The notes below the pieces were generated by a model that was given only the letters and a program-made list of their open reading frames with translations, had not been told where the DNA came from and did not search any database. Below are positions 23,863 to 38,354 of a DNA stretch of 64,000 bases, one piece after another (position 1 is the stretch's first letter; each line of letters begins with the position of its first letter). The stretch comes from Octopus sinensis. Its lineage: Eukaryota. The stretch lies in assembly GCF_006345805.1 (NCBI RefSeq), contig NC_043008.1:7502001-7566000 (forward strand), given 5' to 3'. A program made the position numbers and the translations under genes.

Positions 23863-25320
23863 CACATCAGGAAGGTCATGGAACGAATAGTCAGAAGGAA
23901 ACTAATCACCTTCCTTGAAGAAAATGACTTGCTGCCTGACACCCAACATGGTTTCCGACCAGGAAGAAGCTGCTTAACTCAGCTCCTACAACACTATGAT
24001 TGGGTGCTGAAACGACTGCTCAACCACTCAAATGTGGAAGTGATATATCTCGACTTTGCAAAGGCCTTTGATAAAGTCGATCATGGAATGATATGTCACA
24101 AACTGCGTGATCTTGGCATATTTGGAAAATTGGGAGAATGGCATCATGACTTTGTGAAGGATAGAAGCCAGGTGGTAGTAGCCAATGGGGCCACTTCCAT
24201 TAACACGCAAATAGTGAGCGGTGTTCCGCAGGGCACTGTTTTGGGACCACTACTGTTCATAATGACCCTCTCAGACATGCCCTCAGCCACGCAGAGAGCC
24301 ACGATCACAAGTTATGCAGATGATACAAAAGTTTCACAGGCAATACAGAACCCTGAAGACACTAAGCACCTGCAATGTGAGCTGGACAAAATATACAAGT
24401 GGGCTGAAAAGAATAGCATGCAGTTCAATGCTGAAAAGTTTCAAGCTTTATGCTATCAGCATGCAAAACTGAATGCAATACCCAATGAATACACTGGATC
24501 CGGAGGGATCGCAATCCCAGAGGCACAATCGGTGCGTGACCAGGGTATTTACATGAGCGTTGACGCAACCTTTCATGTATATGTTGCTAAACTGGCAATG
24601 AAATGTAGACGGCTGGCCGGATGGATTCTTAGAACCTTTAGAACAAGAGAACAAGAAACCATGATGGTCCTCTGGAAGACACTTGTCCTAAGCCACTTTG
24701 ACTATTGCTCTCAGCTATGGGCACAATCCAGTGTCAAGTTAATCACAGAACTTGAGGCGATCCAACGAAGCTACACGAAGAAGATAGCCTCTGTGCAGCA
24801 TATAAGATACTGGGAAAGACTCAAGAGATTAAAACTCTATTCCTTGGAGCGTAGGCGAGGAAGATATGCCATAATATACATCTGGAAGATCCTGGAAGGA
24901 CTTGTCCCAAACTTTGGCATCGAGAGTTACACAAATGCCAGAACTGGGCGCCACTGCGTGGTGCCAAGGACTCCAAATTTGCCATCAAGATGTAGGACAA
25001 GATACTGTGATAGCCTGGGCTTCAGAGGCCCACAGCTCTTCAATATCCTCCCGAAGAACCTGAGGGACCTGCATGGGGTGGATGCGGATGTCTTTAAAGT
25101 AGGACTGGATCACTTCCTGTCAGGTGTCCCGGATGAACCAACTTCACGGCAGGAGGTGCAGATGAGGGCAGCTGCATCAAACTCTCTCATGCACCAAATG
25201 GCAGTTGCTAAAAAGCATTCGTGAGGTAAAATCATGTAGCAACACCAAATGGCGGTGCCCCAGCATGGCCACAGCTCAAGAGCTGAAACTGGAAAGCATA
25301 AACATAAACAAACATAAACA
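23863..25320 (+). mobile_element. 5'-truncated CR1/L2-like LINE
   Basis: RT ORF, short 3' UTR, (CATAAA)-type tandem tail at 25297-25320. Confidence 0.9.
23869..25224 (+). CDS. Non-LTR reverse transcriptase (ORF2 C-terminal part, no endonuclease, no native start)
   Basis: [57 protein letters not shown] in one open frame. The listed Met at 23824 is microsatellite read-in. Confidence 0.92.
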   Translation, partial: RKVMERIVRRKLITFLEENDLLPDTQHGFRPGRSCLTQLLQHYDWVLKRLLNHSNVEVIYLDFAKAFDKVDHGMICHKLRDLGIFGKLGEWHHDFVKDRSQVVVANGATSINTQIVSGVPQGTVLGPLLFIMTLSDMPSATQRATITSYADDTKVSQAIQNPEDTKHLQCELDKIYKWAEKNSMQFNAEKFQALCYQHAKLNAIPNEYTGSGGIAIPEAQSVRDQGIYMSVDATFHVYVAKLAMKCRRLAGWILRTFRTREQETMMVLWKTLVLSHFDYCSQLWAQSSVKLITELEAIQRSYTKKIASVQHIRYWERLKRLKLYSLERRRGRYAIIYIWKILEGLVPNFGIESYTNARTGRHCVVPRTPNLPSRCRTRYCDSLGFRGPQLFNILPKNLRDLHGVDADVFKVGLDHFLSGVPDEPTSRQEVQMRAAASNSLMHQMAVAKKHS

Positions 25321-26929
25321 TATATCTATATGTACATATATATACATATATGTATATATATACGTATATATATATCTGAGTACACACACATATATATATA
25401 CATACATACATACATACATATATATATATATGTATGCGTGTGCACGTGTGCGTACACACACTTACATATAACCAGCCTAAAATTGCTGCCCTAACAGTAT
25501 TGAAAGCATGGTTGAATAGCTGCAAGTTTATTTGCATGAGACCGTTGGTATTGTACTGTCAGTACTCAACTCTTCGAAGAAATTATTCATCTACGAATGT
25601 GGTGATGATTACTCCCTTTCTTGTTCGTTACCTACGTTATAGGTGTGTGTATGAGAGTGTGTGTGTGTGTGTGTGTGACAGTGTTTTACATGTGCACACA
25701 AACACCAAACACAAACACACACACACTTACATATATGCGCATCTCTTTTTTTTTTGAGAGAAAACATTATTACTACTAGTCATATGAATGAGAGGAAATG
25801 AGAAATACTTTTTTCTTTCATCTTTCTATTAATAGATATACATCGATTGAATATTTCCTTTCAGTTTTTAAGGTTTGTATTAAACAATTCTCTATAATAA
25901 TAGGCGTGTACACAATTTGGGGAGTGGCCGTTTTCCAGCTTAATATATCTCAATATGCATAGGAATGTATGTGTGTAGGTACATACACACAATGTCCCAC
26001 CTTACACACACACTCCCTCAAAAACACATAAACAGATACAAGCTCACATACACACACACATACACACATATATACGTATTTAGGTGCGCGTGTCTTTATA
26101 TACATACATATATTGATTTCTTATTGGTTCTCAAAATCCAACTTGGGTACAAATATTTACAAAGAAAGGCTTTTTTTCTTTTATAAAAAATATCGATATT
26201 ATGTTCTTTATTAATAATCTCCCCACGATATCAAGTTTTATGAATAAACTGAGAAAAAGAATGAAGTTCTCTTCTAATATACTTTCGCTGAACAATCGCC
26301 TGTCTTATAATGAGAAAATTTACAAAATGTATGCCACAAATGTTGCACCAAAGGGTTCCTTTAAAAATAATGATGTTGGTGATAACAACGATGCTGGTTG
26401 TGGTGGTGATGATGATGATTATACTGACGATGACGGTGTGGAGGATGGAAACGATACAGCTGTCTGTGGTTATGATGAATAAGCATGGTAATAACATGCC
26501 TTGCACTTATGTTGTTCTTATTTACTCTTACGAATATTTAATAATTGAGTCTCTTTACGGATACCTGCACTAGAAAATTGGTCAAACAAACACCAAGTTG
26601 TTGCTTAGTTAAGGTTTATCTGCTTACATTTATCCTGGCCACTCAATAGTGTCTCGTATGCTATGTAGCAATGTAACTATGAAACTTTTAACGATGTTAG
26701 CGGCGTAAATAACGTTCCGTTTTGAAGCTTTCACTATCATCTTGTAGATATCGCTTCCGTACTTTGTAGTTTCGGATATCTTAACAAATCTCTTGTATGT
26801 CAACACATCGTCTTTTATTTTTTACTTTCCTCTTTCGTAGCGATTCGCTTATTCTCCACAATTCTCTTGCTATTGGTGTCGCGTAGGTTTTTCTGTAAAA
26901 CTATTTTGTAATTCTTGTAAGAAAGCAAA

Positions 26930-26974
26930 GGACCACTGATGAGGTCACAGAAGTGTGACGAAAGAACTCTGGCC
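26930..26974 (+). ncRNA. Minimal type-I hammerhead ribozyme fold
   Basis: CCA-CTGATGA-G-GTCACA(GAAG)TGTGAC-GAAA-GAAC-TC-TGG; canonical core plus one extra nucleotide, 6-bp stem II, stem III not palindromic. Confidence 0.6.
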
Positions 26975-29022
26975 GAAATAAGATTAAGATTAATGTAAAA
27001 AATAAATAACGCTGAAGCAAAGTAACACCATATATATAGTGCGCGTGTTTTTATTGGCTAAACTGGCAAAATGACCATTCCTAAATACAACAATATTTTG
27101 TAATGATGTCACATAAGATATGTTGTTACTATTCAGAGCATCTAGTTCTTCAAACTTAATTAATGCCCATGATTAATTATGCTCCAATGTTTTTGTTTCT
27201 TAAATTTGTGTCCTTTTTAGGACATTAATGACTGAGAACTTTGTACTTAAATTTTTTAATATTTCCATGTATGCTTTTGTTCGTGTTCTTTCAGTTGATG
27301 TTTCTACATAAGAATTTTGAGGCAGTATCCGCGTTTTTTTTTTTTGGCTACGCAGCTGCTGTAGCTCAGTTGAGTTGGACATTTAATATAAATGCGTGGG
27401 GTTTAGTATATTTTACGAAACATCTTGACGTATTTTCTCTTGACCTGTAAATTTGGGACAACTTTTCCTTAGCCCGTAGCACATATTATGGTTTTGATGT
27501 TCTTTATTTGCCATGCTTTGAATTCTGCTGAATATAAATGGTGTGAATTTGTCTCGTACAGTCGTAGTTTAGGTGTCGTTGTTGTCATTTTATAACCAAA
27601 AATAGGCCCTGATCGAGCAATTCTATGGTAAATAGTTAGTTGACTGGGCCACAATGTAATCTATCTTCCGAATAAATTATATCTGTCAAATGGCCATTCT
27701 ACAACTCTGACGTGCAATAATAAAACTTTTGGATTACAGAAGGGTCTATTCATGTTTTCCATAATTCACTGACCGGTTTACTTCTGTTAGTCCGTCAGTT
27801 ATAGTGGTGTACAAATGAAGAGGTGGGCAAAAAGAGGTCAGTCAGCTGCCATAATATTCTTCTTGGTAATATACATTCCAAGAAAATGTTTATGGCTTAC
27901 AGAGTCTATAAATGTTGCAGCTAGTTCCGAGTGCAAATGTACCGTATATGGGAAGAGTGAGAGAGAGAGAGACAGAATGGTAGTGAGAGAGAAAGAGAGA
28001 GAGAAAGAGGGAGGAAGAAATAGAGATAAATAGATAGACACATATACAATGTAGTATGCATGTGTGCGTATGTGTATGGGTGTGGGTTTGTGTGCGTGCG
28101 TGTGTGTGTGTGTGCGTACGTTCGTATGTGTGCGTATGTTTGTGTGTGTGTGTGTATGTGTGTGCGTGTGTGTGTGTGTATCTATGTAGTTATTAAATTA
28201 CTCAGGTGTGCTGCGTATTTCTATACATGTTTTGTAAAGGGTTTCGTGCAGTAACAAGGACTGTTGGAGTTGGAGCACGCTATTGAAACAATGCTTGACT
28301 GCTGTATATTCATCTGATCCTTTTTACTGAACCCGTGTCATCTGCGTTCGACGAATACAATATTTTATTCTCTGATGTCTGTTGCAGCTGTTTGCTTTGA
28401 TTCCTTGAGGATAGCTTGCACGATAGATAAGTATGGCATTTTCCATGAAGGATCTCATATATTGTGTATATTCCGTTGTTATTCCTTCTTTATTATTTTG
28501 TTGTCTGTCTGTTGTGTTGTGGGAAGGGCAGAGTGTGTAATGTCTAATAATTATGGGTGTGCGATTATTATATTGTTAGTCATGGCGGCTGTTTGTATTT
28601 CATGTTTCAAATTGTTGCAACTAAAGAAAGGAAGAAAAAGAACGTAGTTATAATTCATTTATTGGGTAGAAGAAACTGCAGTGACCATGTAGGTAAATGG
28701 GGCATTGTTGATTTCTGGAAAGTTAATGTTCTGATTTTGTTATTGAAAATTACTCACTTGTTAACAACAACAACTACAACAGCAGCAGAAGCAGCAGCAG
28801 CAGCAGAGGCAGGAGCAAGTGATCAAAAACGACTACAAATTGCTGAAATTATACAGTAAATAAGTATCTCCACGTCTCTGTTTGTCTTTCTTTTAGCCAT
28901 TGTGTCTCTATGTTGTACTGTACCTCTCCCTATATATATATATACATATGTGTGTGTGTGTGTATGTGTGTAGATATATATATATATATATATATATATG
29001 CATATTTATAAATGTATATGTA

Positions 29023-29094
<72 letters not shown>

Positions 29095-30104
29095 AATACA
29101 CGCATATGTGTGTGAATGTGTGTGTGTGTGTGTATTACGTATGTTCATAATTCTTTATTTGTTGTTTTTCTTGTGGCGGCGTTGGTGAGAAGCCATTTAT
29201 ATATATTTATTACTATTTATTTACTGCCACTGATCTTTCGCCAATTCACCAAATCGCAGAAAACGATCTCCGCTATCACCAAACTTTATATCGATGTCGT
29301 TTTGTTGTTTAGGACGTCAACTGGCAGAATGGTTAGCGCGCCGGATAAAATTCATACTGGCATTTCCACCATCTTTACGTTTTGGTATCAAATTTCGTCG
29401 TGGTTTAATTTGTCTTTCCTTTCGGGATTGCCTATGCTAGAAAGTATGTTGTTTTTTTTATTTAGCACGCCTCTCAAATTGATTCGCACAATTTCGCTCG
29501 TCTTTATGTTCTGAGTTCAAATTCCGCTGAGGCTGAATTTGTGTTTCATCCCTCTAGATTCAATAAATTAACAATCTAGTACTAGGGTGCTCAGCCGCTT
29601 GAACACCTGGTTTCTTGCACATTGATTGAAAGTTCCTTATTCCTATTATATTTCAATCTTACTGGCCTCGAAAATATGGGGGCCCCATGGACGAATTACA
29701 TGCAGCAGCCTTCTTTCAAAGTTGTTTATTTAAAATTTTTCTATAAATCAGCCAATAATACAGGGTAACACCACTTTTGTCCTTGGGTAGCAACTGTTAT
29801 TTCCTATTTACTTACCCCTAGAAAATATAATAAATGGCTGATATTTCCTTCAAACTTTACTTTTGTTATCTTTATTCAAACCCTAAGAATCCCTCTGAAC
29901 ACATGGCTGAGATGCTCCTGCACTACTCCTGCTCCTGTCTAGAGATGCACATGTTGTCAGTTACTAAGGGATAAGGTCAAGCAACTGAGAAGCAAATCTG
30001 TGGTATTGAGTAGAATATTTCCTACACCGATATTTCTCCTTCAGCAATTCATCGCTGAGTCTGATATGTAATGGAAAATATGTCTAATCTTTACTCTTTT
30101 ACTA

Positions 30105-30496
30105 TTTTACTTGTTTCAGTCATTTGGCTGTGGTCATGCTGGAGCACCGTCTTTAGTCGAGGAAATCGACTCCAGGACATATTCTTTGTAAGCCTAGTAC
30201 TTATTCTATCGGTCACCTTTTTCCAAACCGCTAATTTACGGCGACGTAAACACACCAGTATCGGTTGCCAAGCGATGTTGGGGGGACAAACACAGATACA
30301 CAAACATATATACACACACATATATACATATAAACGACGGGCATCTTTCAGTTTCCGTCTACCAAATCCACTCGCAATGCTTTGGTCGGCTCGAGGCTAG
30401 AGTAGAAAACACTTGCCGAAGATGCCACGCAGTGGGACTGAACCTGGAACCATGTGGTTGCTTAGAAGCTACTAACCACACATCCACTCCTACGTC
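30105..30496 (-). mobile_element. SINE family B, full length
   Basis: Reverse complement of the consensus from tail to head. Confidence 0.9.
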
Positions 30497-30668
30497 TGTT
30501 TCAAAACATTGATGTCCAGGACATACAAGCCACGTTTGAAGGGACTAGTAGTGGTTTCCTTTGATTTCTAGATAGAAGCAAATACCGACCAAAGACAAAA
30601 CAAATAAATAAATGAATAAACAATGAAATATTTATTACACAATGTAATATGATGAATTCTGCAATATA

Positions 30669-30901
30669 TATTTCTTTACTACCCACAAGGGGCTACACAC
30701 AGAGGGGACAAACAAGGACAGACAAAGGAATTAAGTCGATTACATAGACCCCAGTCCGTAACTGGTACTTAATTTATCGACACCGAAAGGATGAAAGGCA
30801 AAGTCGACCTCGGCGGAATTTGAACTCAGAACGTATTGGCAGACGAAATACGGCTACGCATTTCGCCCAGCGTGCTAACGTTTCTGCCAGCTCGCCGCCT
30901 T
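30669..30901 (-). mobile_element. SINE family A with 16-bp TSD
   Basis: TGAATTCTGCAATATA at 30653-30668 and 30902-30917. Confidence 0.93.
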
Positions 30902-31433
30902 TGAATTCTGCAATATAAGTGGGACAATTGCTGGTAATTTTCAGTATTGAAACATCGGTAAACATATTTGGTGTTCATGCATCAGTTCTTTGCAACTAAA
31001 TGCATTAATGTTCATTTCTCCGCTTGGACATTAAATGTATACTCGGCCACATGACTAAGTATATACTGATAGTTTGCTCTACCAATTTCCAGCATTCTTT
31101 AACGGCAAGTGAAAGTGGAAGTTTTCACCGTCGACCTATGACATTCTGGTTGTTTTGGGACTTCATTGAATTCGTTGTTTGTTTTTTCTAGTGAAAATAA
31201 TTGCTACGTTTCTCGAGAATTTGTAGTATTAGCGTAGATCATAATTTACGATATTTTTATATTTCATATGTGTCTATTTTGCATAAGTCACTGGCGATAT
31301 GTGTTTTCTTTTTCCTGCCAGCAATGTTACATATTAAAGAATTTCAATTTCCAGAGTGAAAGTATTTTATTTTTATATTTGACTTTACGTTTTGCTTTCT
31401 CATTCACAGAACCCAGCTTGAATGTAACAAAAC

Positions 31434-32900
31434 AGAAAGTACAACGATGCATATAGAAAATATGGATTCGCCTTCATTAACATCATTGGAAAAGAAACGC
31501 CTCAGTGCGTCATTTGGTGCATGGTTACGGTTTTGTTAAACGATTCTTTGAAACCAATATATTGGAAGCAACAGTTGCTGAATGCTCATCCTGAACCCAA
31601 GAACATGGATGAACGTATGTTTTGAACGTCAGAGAAATACGTTCAGAACGATGGCTGTGGATTCAACATGGGTATTGCAAGAAATTACGCAACATATCAC
31701 TGAATGTTCTTATGTTGTAGCAATGCAGAGGGAAATGAGGAAAACGTCAAATATAAATGTAGAAATTTGATCAAACTTTGTACAATTGAAATGGTGGAAT
31801 TTCTATTAGGAAATTGATTAGGGAAAATACTTGCCCCCGTATTAGTATGGAACAGTGTTGTTGAAATTGGGTTTGAGATATGAGCATTGGCATCGAAGAT
31901 GAAGTTGTGCAGAAGATCAATTCGGCAACTGTTGGTGTATTTTCAAATCAACTTCCAGAATTGTTCGTTGCGGCGTCGAGTTTTCAGTTGCGATGTGTTT
32001 AAGGTCTATTAATTCTGGTTTATTTAAAGAGAATTTTTTCTTTCAGTCTTCTTCTGAAACAACCCCTGAGGTCTGAGATATTTTTGTAAGAGTTTCATCT
32101 TTCATTCAGAATAGCTTTATAGGAATAATGTCTAAGAGTGCTATACAGATGGAAGACCAGCTATACTGGGGACAATATTTTGGATTTTTCTGCGAAAAAG
32201 CGAGCGTCAAATTTGAACGACATTCATTATGTGATCCATCGACAGGCATTACCTTCAGAAACACTGGTAACTCTACAAGAGAAGGTTCAGGATTAATCCA
32301 TTGAAATTGTCAGTTTTGATAAAAGAGAAGCTTTCAAGTCATGACTTTTCCAACGGTTATATTTCAGTGTGGATGGATCAAATACTTCTTTCCCATGCAA
32401 ATGTTTCATGGTTTGAAAATTATATATTAGTCAATGTGTATATGAGCTCACAGATGAGCTCAAATTATTGTTTGAAGTTCAGGATAAGAGAAATTCTGTT
32501 ATTTTTCGTGTTGGATTATGAGGAACGAATTATGCGCCTTGCCTGTGAGTTCGACATTTTTTAACAGTTAAATAAACTGAATCTTCGAATGAAACGAAGC
32601 AACACGAACATCAACATTTCATGGATTCCATCAAAGCTTTCATGTGCTGCAAACTGGAAAAGTGGAAGAGAAAAGGTCAATGCTAAAAAATGTTGCAATG
32701 TTTGAGAAACTGTTATTAATTCATGACGATGGAGATGAAGACCAAAAGCTTCCAAAATTTTGCAGAAAAAATGAAATTATGCAGCATTTGACTGCACCGA
32801 AAAATAAATTCACCAGATACTTTCTAGAATTCTATTATGATGCGTTGGGTTTAGTGTGAAATCCATTCAAGTTGTCAGTTGAACAAGTTCCTGATGACTT
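31434..32900 (+). pseudogene. hAT (Buster/Charlie-type) transposase fossil
   Basis: RKYNDAYRKYGFAFINIIGKETPQCVI (BED finger), LNDSLKP, IHYVIHRQALPSETL, VYELTDELKLLFEVQ, LNKLNLRM, NPF in order across broken frames. Confidence 0.85.
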
Positions 32901-33366
32901 TCGGAGTGAACCCTAACGTTAAAGACATGTTGCTCCAGTACATCGCTGACAGGACACACCTATATCCCAAAAAATTGCAATACGGACATTTTTGTAAGAT
33001 TGGACTATTTATTGGACAACTTCCATGAAAATAGTGGGATTCAATTTCTTATTATACTAAAATATCGCGCTACGTAGAGGCTTCTTCCTATAATGCGATA
33101 TATCTGGTTAATACATCATTCTGATTGTTTACTTAACACTGAATATTTATTGTTAGTTCATTATTGCGTGCCTGCAATGAACAACAGTGAGATGATTTGT
33201 ATATCTTATTGATACGAAGTCTTTCAGATTTCATTTGTTTTGCTGTCAAATTACTCTGTTTATATGTGTTGGTGCTGATGTTTTATAGACAATCTTATAT
33301 ATGTATGCAGCAAAACAATGATTCACACGAAACTGGAACGGTATTTATTGAATCATTAATTGAAGT

Positions 33367-33595
33367 CGGCGAGCTGGCAGAAGCGTCAGATCGCCGGGCG
33401 AAATGCTTAGCGGTATTTCGTCTGCCGTTACGTTCTGAGATCAAATTCCGCCGAGGTCGACTTTGCCTTTCATCCCCCCGGGGTCGATTAAATAAGTACC
33501 AGTTATGCACTGGGGTTGATATAATCGACTTAATCCATTTGCCTGTCCTTGTTTGTCCTCTCTGTGTTTAGCCCCTTGTGGGTAGTAAAGAAATA
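33367..33595 (+). mobile_element. SINE family A
   Basis: Full consensus followed by GGTAT. Confidence 0.9.
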
Positions 33596-34002
33596 GGTAT
33601 GTTTCATTCTCGAGTTTCCTCGGCTGTTTCTTTTTCTGTTTCTTCTGCATGGTATCGACTACTGACGAAATTTTGTTCCTGTCGCCACCGTGTATTCCCT
33701 TACAGCGGTGCTGATAACATTAGTGTGTTTGGAGTCCGACACTAATAAGGTGACGTGGGCCGCATATGCAAATACAGACCTTCCACTTCTTTGTACTCGC
33801 TGGATACTCCTCAACTCCTCCAGCATTTACGGTAGAGGCTCTCCAGTTGGGAATTATAGAATGCACTGTCAGTGGAGTTCCATGTTGCTGTTCTGTAATG
33901 TCCTTACGCTACACAGATGGACGACATTCTTGGAGAAAATCGGGACTTCAACGAACAATCAATTGACCGGTCTATCGTCGACAATTTTTGAAGTGGAATT
34001 AT

Positions 34003-34242
34003 TCTTTTACCTGTTTCAGTCCGTTGACTGCGGCCATACTGGAGCACCGCCTTTAGTCGAACAAATCAACACCAGGTCTTATTCTTTGTAAGTGTAGTAC
34101 TTATTGCATCGGTATCTTTTGCCAAACCACTAGGTTACGGGTACGTAAACACACCACCATCGTTTGTCAAGCGATGGTGGTGGAACATACACTGAGACAC
34201 AAATGCATACATTTCTACACACACACATACACACACGCACAT

Positions 34243-34296
<54 letters not shown>

Positions 34297-34445
34297 TCGA
34301 CTGGTTTCTTTCAGTTTCCATCTACCAAATGCACTCACAAGGCTTTGGCCCGCTCGAGGCTATAGTATAAGACACTTGTCCAAGGGGCCACGTAATGGGA
34401 CTGAATACGAAACCATGTGGTTGAGAAGCAACCACACAGCCACGG
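34003..34445 (-). mobile_element. SINE family B, full length
   Basis: Reverse complement of the consensus with internal (CA)n(TA)n. Confidence 0.88.
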
Positions 34446-37400
34446 ATAAGTTGCTGAAATATCTAGAATATAGCACGTATATCGCGTTATGAATTGTTTG
34501 CGATAAACCGTCACCTGGGCACACTTGATATTCTCGCAGAGCAACGAAATCAAGTGTATTACAAGCACTCGTGAAGAGCTCGAGCGTTGCTAACATTTGG
34601 AATTATGTCGGATAGCTGCTGTCGAGTGTAATGATGAATCTGGCATTCAACTGTGTACATTATGATGATCGCCCTACCGCCAATTTTAAACCAGAAATGA
34701 CAGGTAATCTTAAGACGATTGATAGAAGATCCAAGCCATACTTAAAAAAAATAGCCCCGAATGTGTGCAGTTTTCTGCCATGGTTTTCATGAGTAGTAAT
34801 TAAAATTTACGATCATCAGAATCTTTGTAGAAACCACTCTAGCCTCTAGTAATTATATTGGTTTTCAAGTCGAATACTTATTCTTTGTGATATTGCGGTT
34901 GAGTCTTTGTCAGTTATACGATGTGTGGTTAATGATCTGTAGTATACAAGGTTTGCGGCTTCTTGGGTATTCTTCTTAAAGGGGAATTCCGTCGGTGAGT
35001 TTCTGTGGTGTTGTTCCTGTCTCCTTCAGCTTCTTATCCAGGATTCCCGCAGGTGTATTAGAAGAAACTGTTAAATACATTAGCCAACCAAATATCTAAT
35101 ATAATTTCTTAGTTTATATGTTCTGTCACGAACGTTTCGAATGTGTGTATGTTATATTAACTTACCCGTCCGTGGTATTTCATTTACCGTGGTATTTCAT
35201 ACCCACTCCTAAAATATTTGAAAGTCTCCTGCTGGCCATGCAGCTTCTTTGTTATATATTTAACTAATCCTTATTTCAAAACGCTTGGGACTGGAATTGA
35301 ACTCTGTACGCGGTCCCAGGTATAAACACTCAACAAGAGTCTTTTCTTTTATGCGTTCTTTGATTTAAAATAATTCTGTTGTTATGTTGTCTCTCACTAA
35401 TATTTGTCATTCCGTTTTACACATTTTGTCATTTCGTTATCGATTTCATTAAGGAGTGAGAGACATTCGCTCCTACTTTTCTGTTTCTTTTCATATAGTT
35501 GTTTCCGAGTGGCTGCTATATATATCGATTCCTATAATCTTGTGATATTGATGTTCGTGACCGCTTTTATTTAATCTATTGATTGCGTATTGATTCTTTC
35601 TGTATTTTTATTAAATTTTTTTATGTAGGTGAAATTTTAAGGAATTTTTGGTAATGAGAAGAAAAAAATGTTAATGATATTTGATTTGAAAAATGGCCAG
35701 GTTATTATTATTTTTAAAATCTTTTTTCTTCATTTGCGACAATATCACTATTTCCCTGCATCAGAATTTTCTGTTTCTCTCTCTCTATATATATATACAT
35801 AAAACACTGTTTTTCTGACATTTCCATAATTTTATATGCATTTAAATTTACACAAAATAACCGCTAGTGCACATGCACACAATTCTCATATATGTGTTTT
35901 CGTGCTTGTTTACTCTCAACTCGAATCTGACAGAACTCAAATATGATCAAGAATGAACCAGGGTGGTAGGATCATTCCGATACATTATATAGTATGCTCC
36001 TTACTTTTCTAAAGGTGTAGGGTATTATAGAAGAGTTGTTTTGCTACTGCATGTAAGTAGATCTCTCACATCGTGGATCCTTTAGTTCCCTGCTAATTAC
36101 TGCATCTATCATATTCCTGAAATGCATGATACCTTTTCTCATAATGCTAAGGCCAAATAAATTGAAATCATGATATTAATTTCATGCATTTCCAGGATAA
36201 AAACGTGTGAAAATTCGATGACGATATGGAGCTCGAAATTTAGATAAACAATATTTTTTCACTTTTCTACCACCTCTGCCTCCACCACCGATGTCTAACA
36301 ATAATATTGATCACGTTAATGGCGGACATAACTAGTTTGCAGTAACATATATTTAGCGTCGGCAACAATCTAATTTATTCTAATCTTTATATCACATTCA
36401 TAAAAAAAAGACTCGAGGAAACATAATGCATTATATATTGAAATTTCAGTTTTATTCATAGAGTAGGGCAATTATTTTATTTTTATTTCTCCTCTATGAA
36501 TGAAATATATTTCGTATGAATGGAATAAATTAAGATTATATAAGTATAGGAAAAGTATTAAAAAATATTTATTTCATACGTAGGGTAGCCTATAGACTAA
36601 TATTCTTTTACGTAACAAAATGTAACCACAAATTCAAATATATTTTTATTACGAGTTTACAGACACTTATATAGCAGCAAATGTTCACGTCCAACTTTAG
36701 AATATGCAGATTCTAACATGTAATATATTTACAATGTTGCTGTTTAAAGATGAAAATTGCGTTACTATTATAATTAATAATATTAAAAATAATAATTGAC
36801 CACAAAAAGATCGAGGAGCGTACAGGGCAATAAAAATGTGGCTTTACTTAAAAAGTGGATAAACAGTGAAATAACAGAAACAAGCTAGCAAAAGTTAATC
36901 AAAGACAAAATAATACGCTAAAATTGATGGTTCGATCTCCAAAGGGTAATAAGGAGAACCCGACAAAACCACTGACTCAGCCAATAGGACAATTGCACCC
37001 TATCGATCTTCCTTTCTTACTCGGTAGGGGCATCCACATTTCAATGAATTTGCTGGAAGGCAGCACCCCATCTTTACCATCAAGTAACACTTGACCAAAA
37101 AGAAGTTGCCTGTCTTCAGCCATTTCACTTGTATCCATCACACAGCTTCTGCCACCAAAGACATCTGACGGTTAAACTCTACCTGACTTACCCGGCCAAA
37201 TAAACGCCGTGGAAAGATCTTCACAATGGACTCAGCTCCATAGTGGCGTACAGTATCTATTCTACTGGTGGCAGCTAGGTTTCCACATAAGTGTTTTTAG
37301 AGACAGTTTCAGGAGATGATAAGTTAATCTGTTTTACATCCTGTACCTGTGTATGTTGTCATTTTACGGCTCACTTAAGTGAACGATTGCCATGCATATG

Positions 37401-37647
37401 AGAAATGGTTATATATATTCACTTTGAAAAATACCACAATTCATAACCAAATATCTTCAAAGTTCACAATACTTGTCCCTGGATTTAGTATTCGATTTTC
37501 ATCCCTTAGTTTATTAGTACTTGATACAAAAGTTACTAATAACCGGAAACTCTTCTTTTTCTTCTTCCTCTTCCTCTTCTTCTTCTGGTATCGAACTCGG
37601 AATCATGGGGGTGATTAGCTCGTGCTCTTAACTACAATGATCTGGCA

Positions 37648-37678
37648 TAATAACAACAACAACAACAACAACAACAAC

Positions 37679-37716
<38 letters not shown>

Positions 37717-37736
37717 TAATAATAATAATAATAACA
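37648..37736. repeat. (AAC)n(AAT)n microsatellite
   Basis: Direct inspection. Confidence 0.95.
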
Positions 37737-37978
37737 AACATCGAAAAATACACGAATATTTTCATCGTGGTAACATGGCTGAAGAAGGTGTGGATCTAAT
37801 GTGAGTCTATATACTGGAAACTATATAGCTGGCTGCTCATAGATATTTGCTCACAGACGTTTAATTTTGTAGTTATTATCAGTATTATATTTCGGCGGTT
37901 TTAAAACAAGAGTTTTGACTGTTATTTCCAGCAGGAAGAAATACTCAGTATGTCCTCTGATTAATATATGTATATGTG

Positions 37979-38097
<119 letters not shown>

Positions 38098-38170
38098 ATG
38101 TATATATATATATATATGTATATGTATGTATATATATATATCTATATCTATCTAACTATCTTTATATATA

Positions 38171-38218
<48 letters not shown>

Positions 38219-38354
38219 TGTGAAAATTAAAAGGCTACAAAATTTAGAGAAATATTCTACCGGTGACCACCTTGCGTAATAAAGTCAATAGACAATGTTT
38301 CGTATAAATTAGTGTACGTTTTATATACAAAACAGGTGACCTTAGCAGGACTCG

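Noticed and set aside
33650-34000. GC-richer segment with a faint Gypsy gag resemblance and a TGGCGAC PBS-like word
   Set aside because: The PBS-like word and the putative gag lie on opposite strands; similarity is too weak.
36940-37310. Possible integrase core relic (NAVERSSQ)
   Set aside because: Single weak motif; not supportable by eye.
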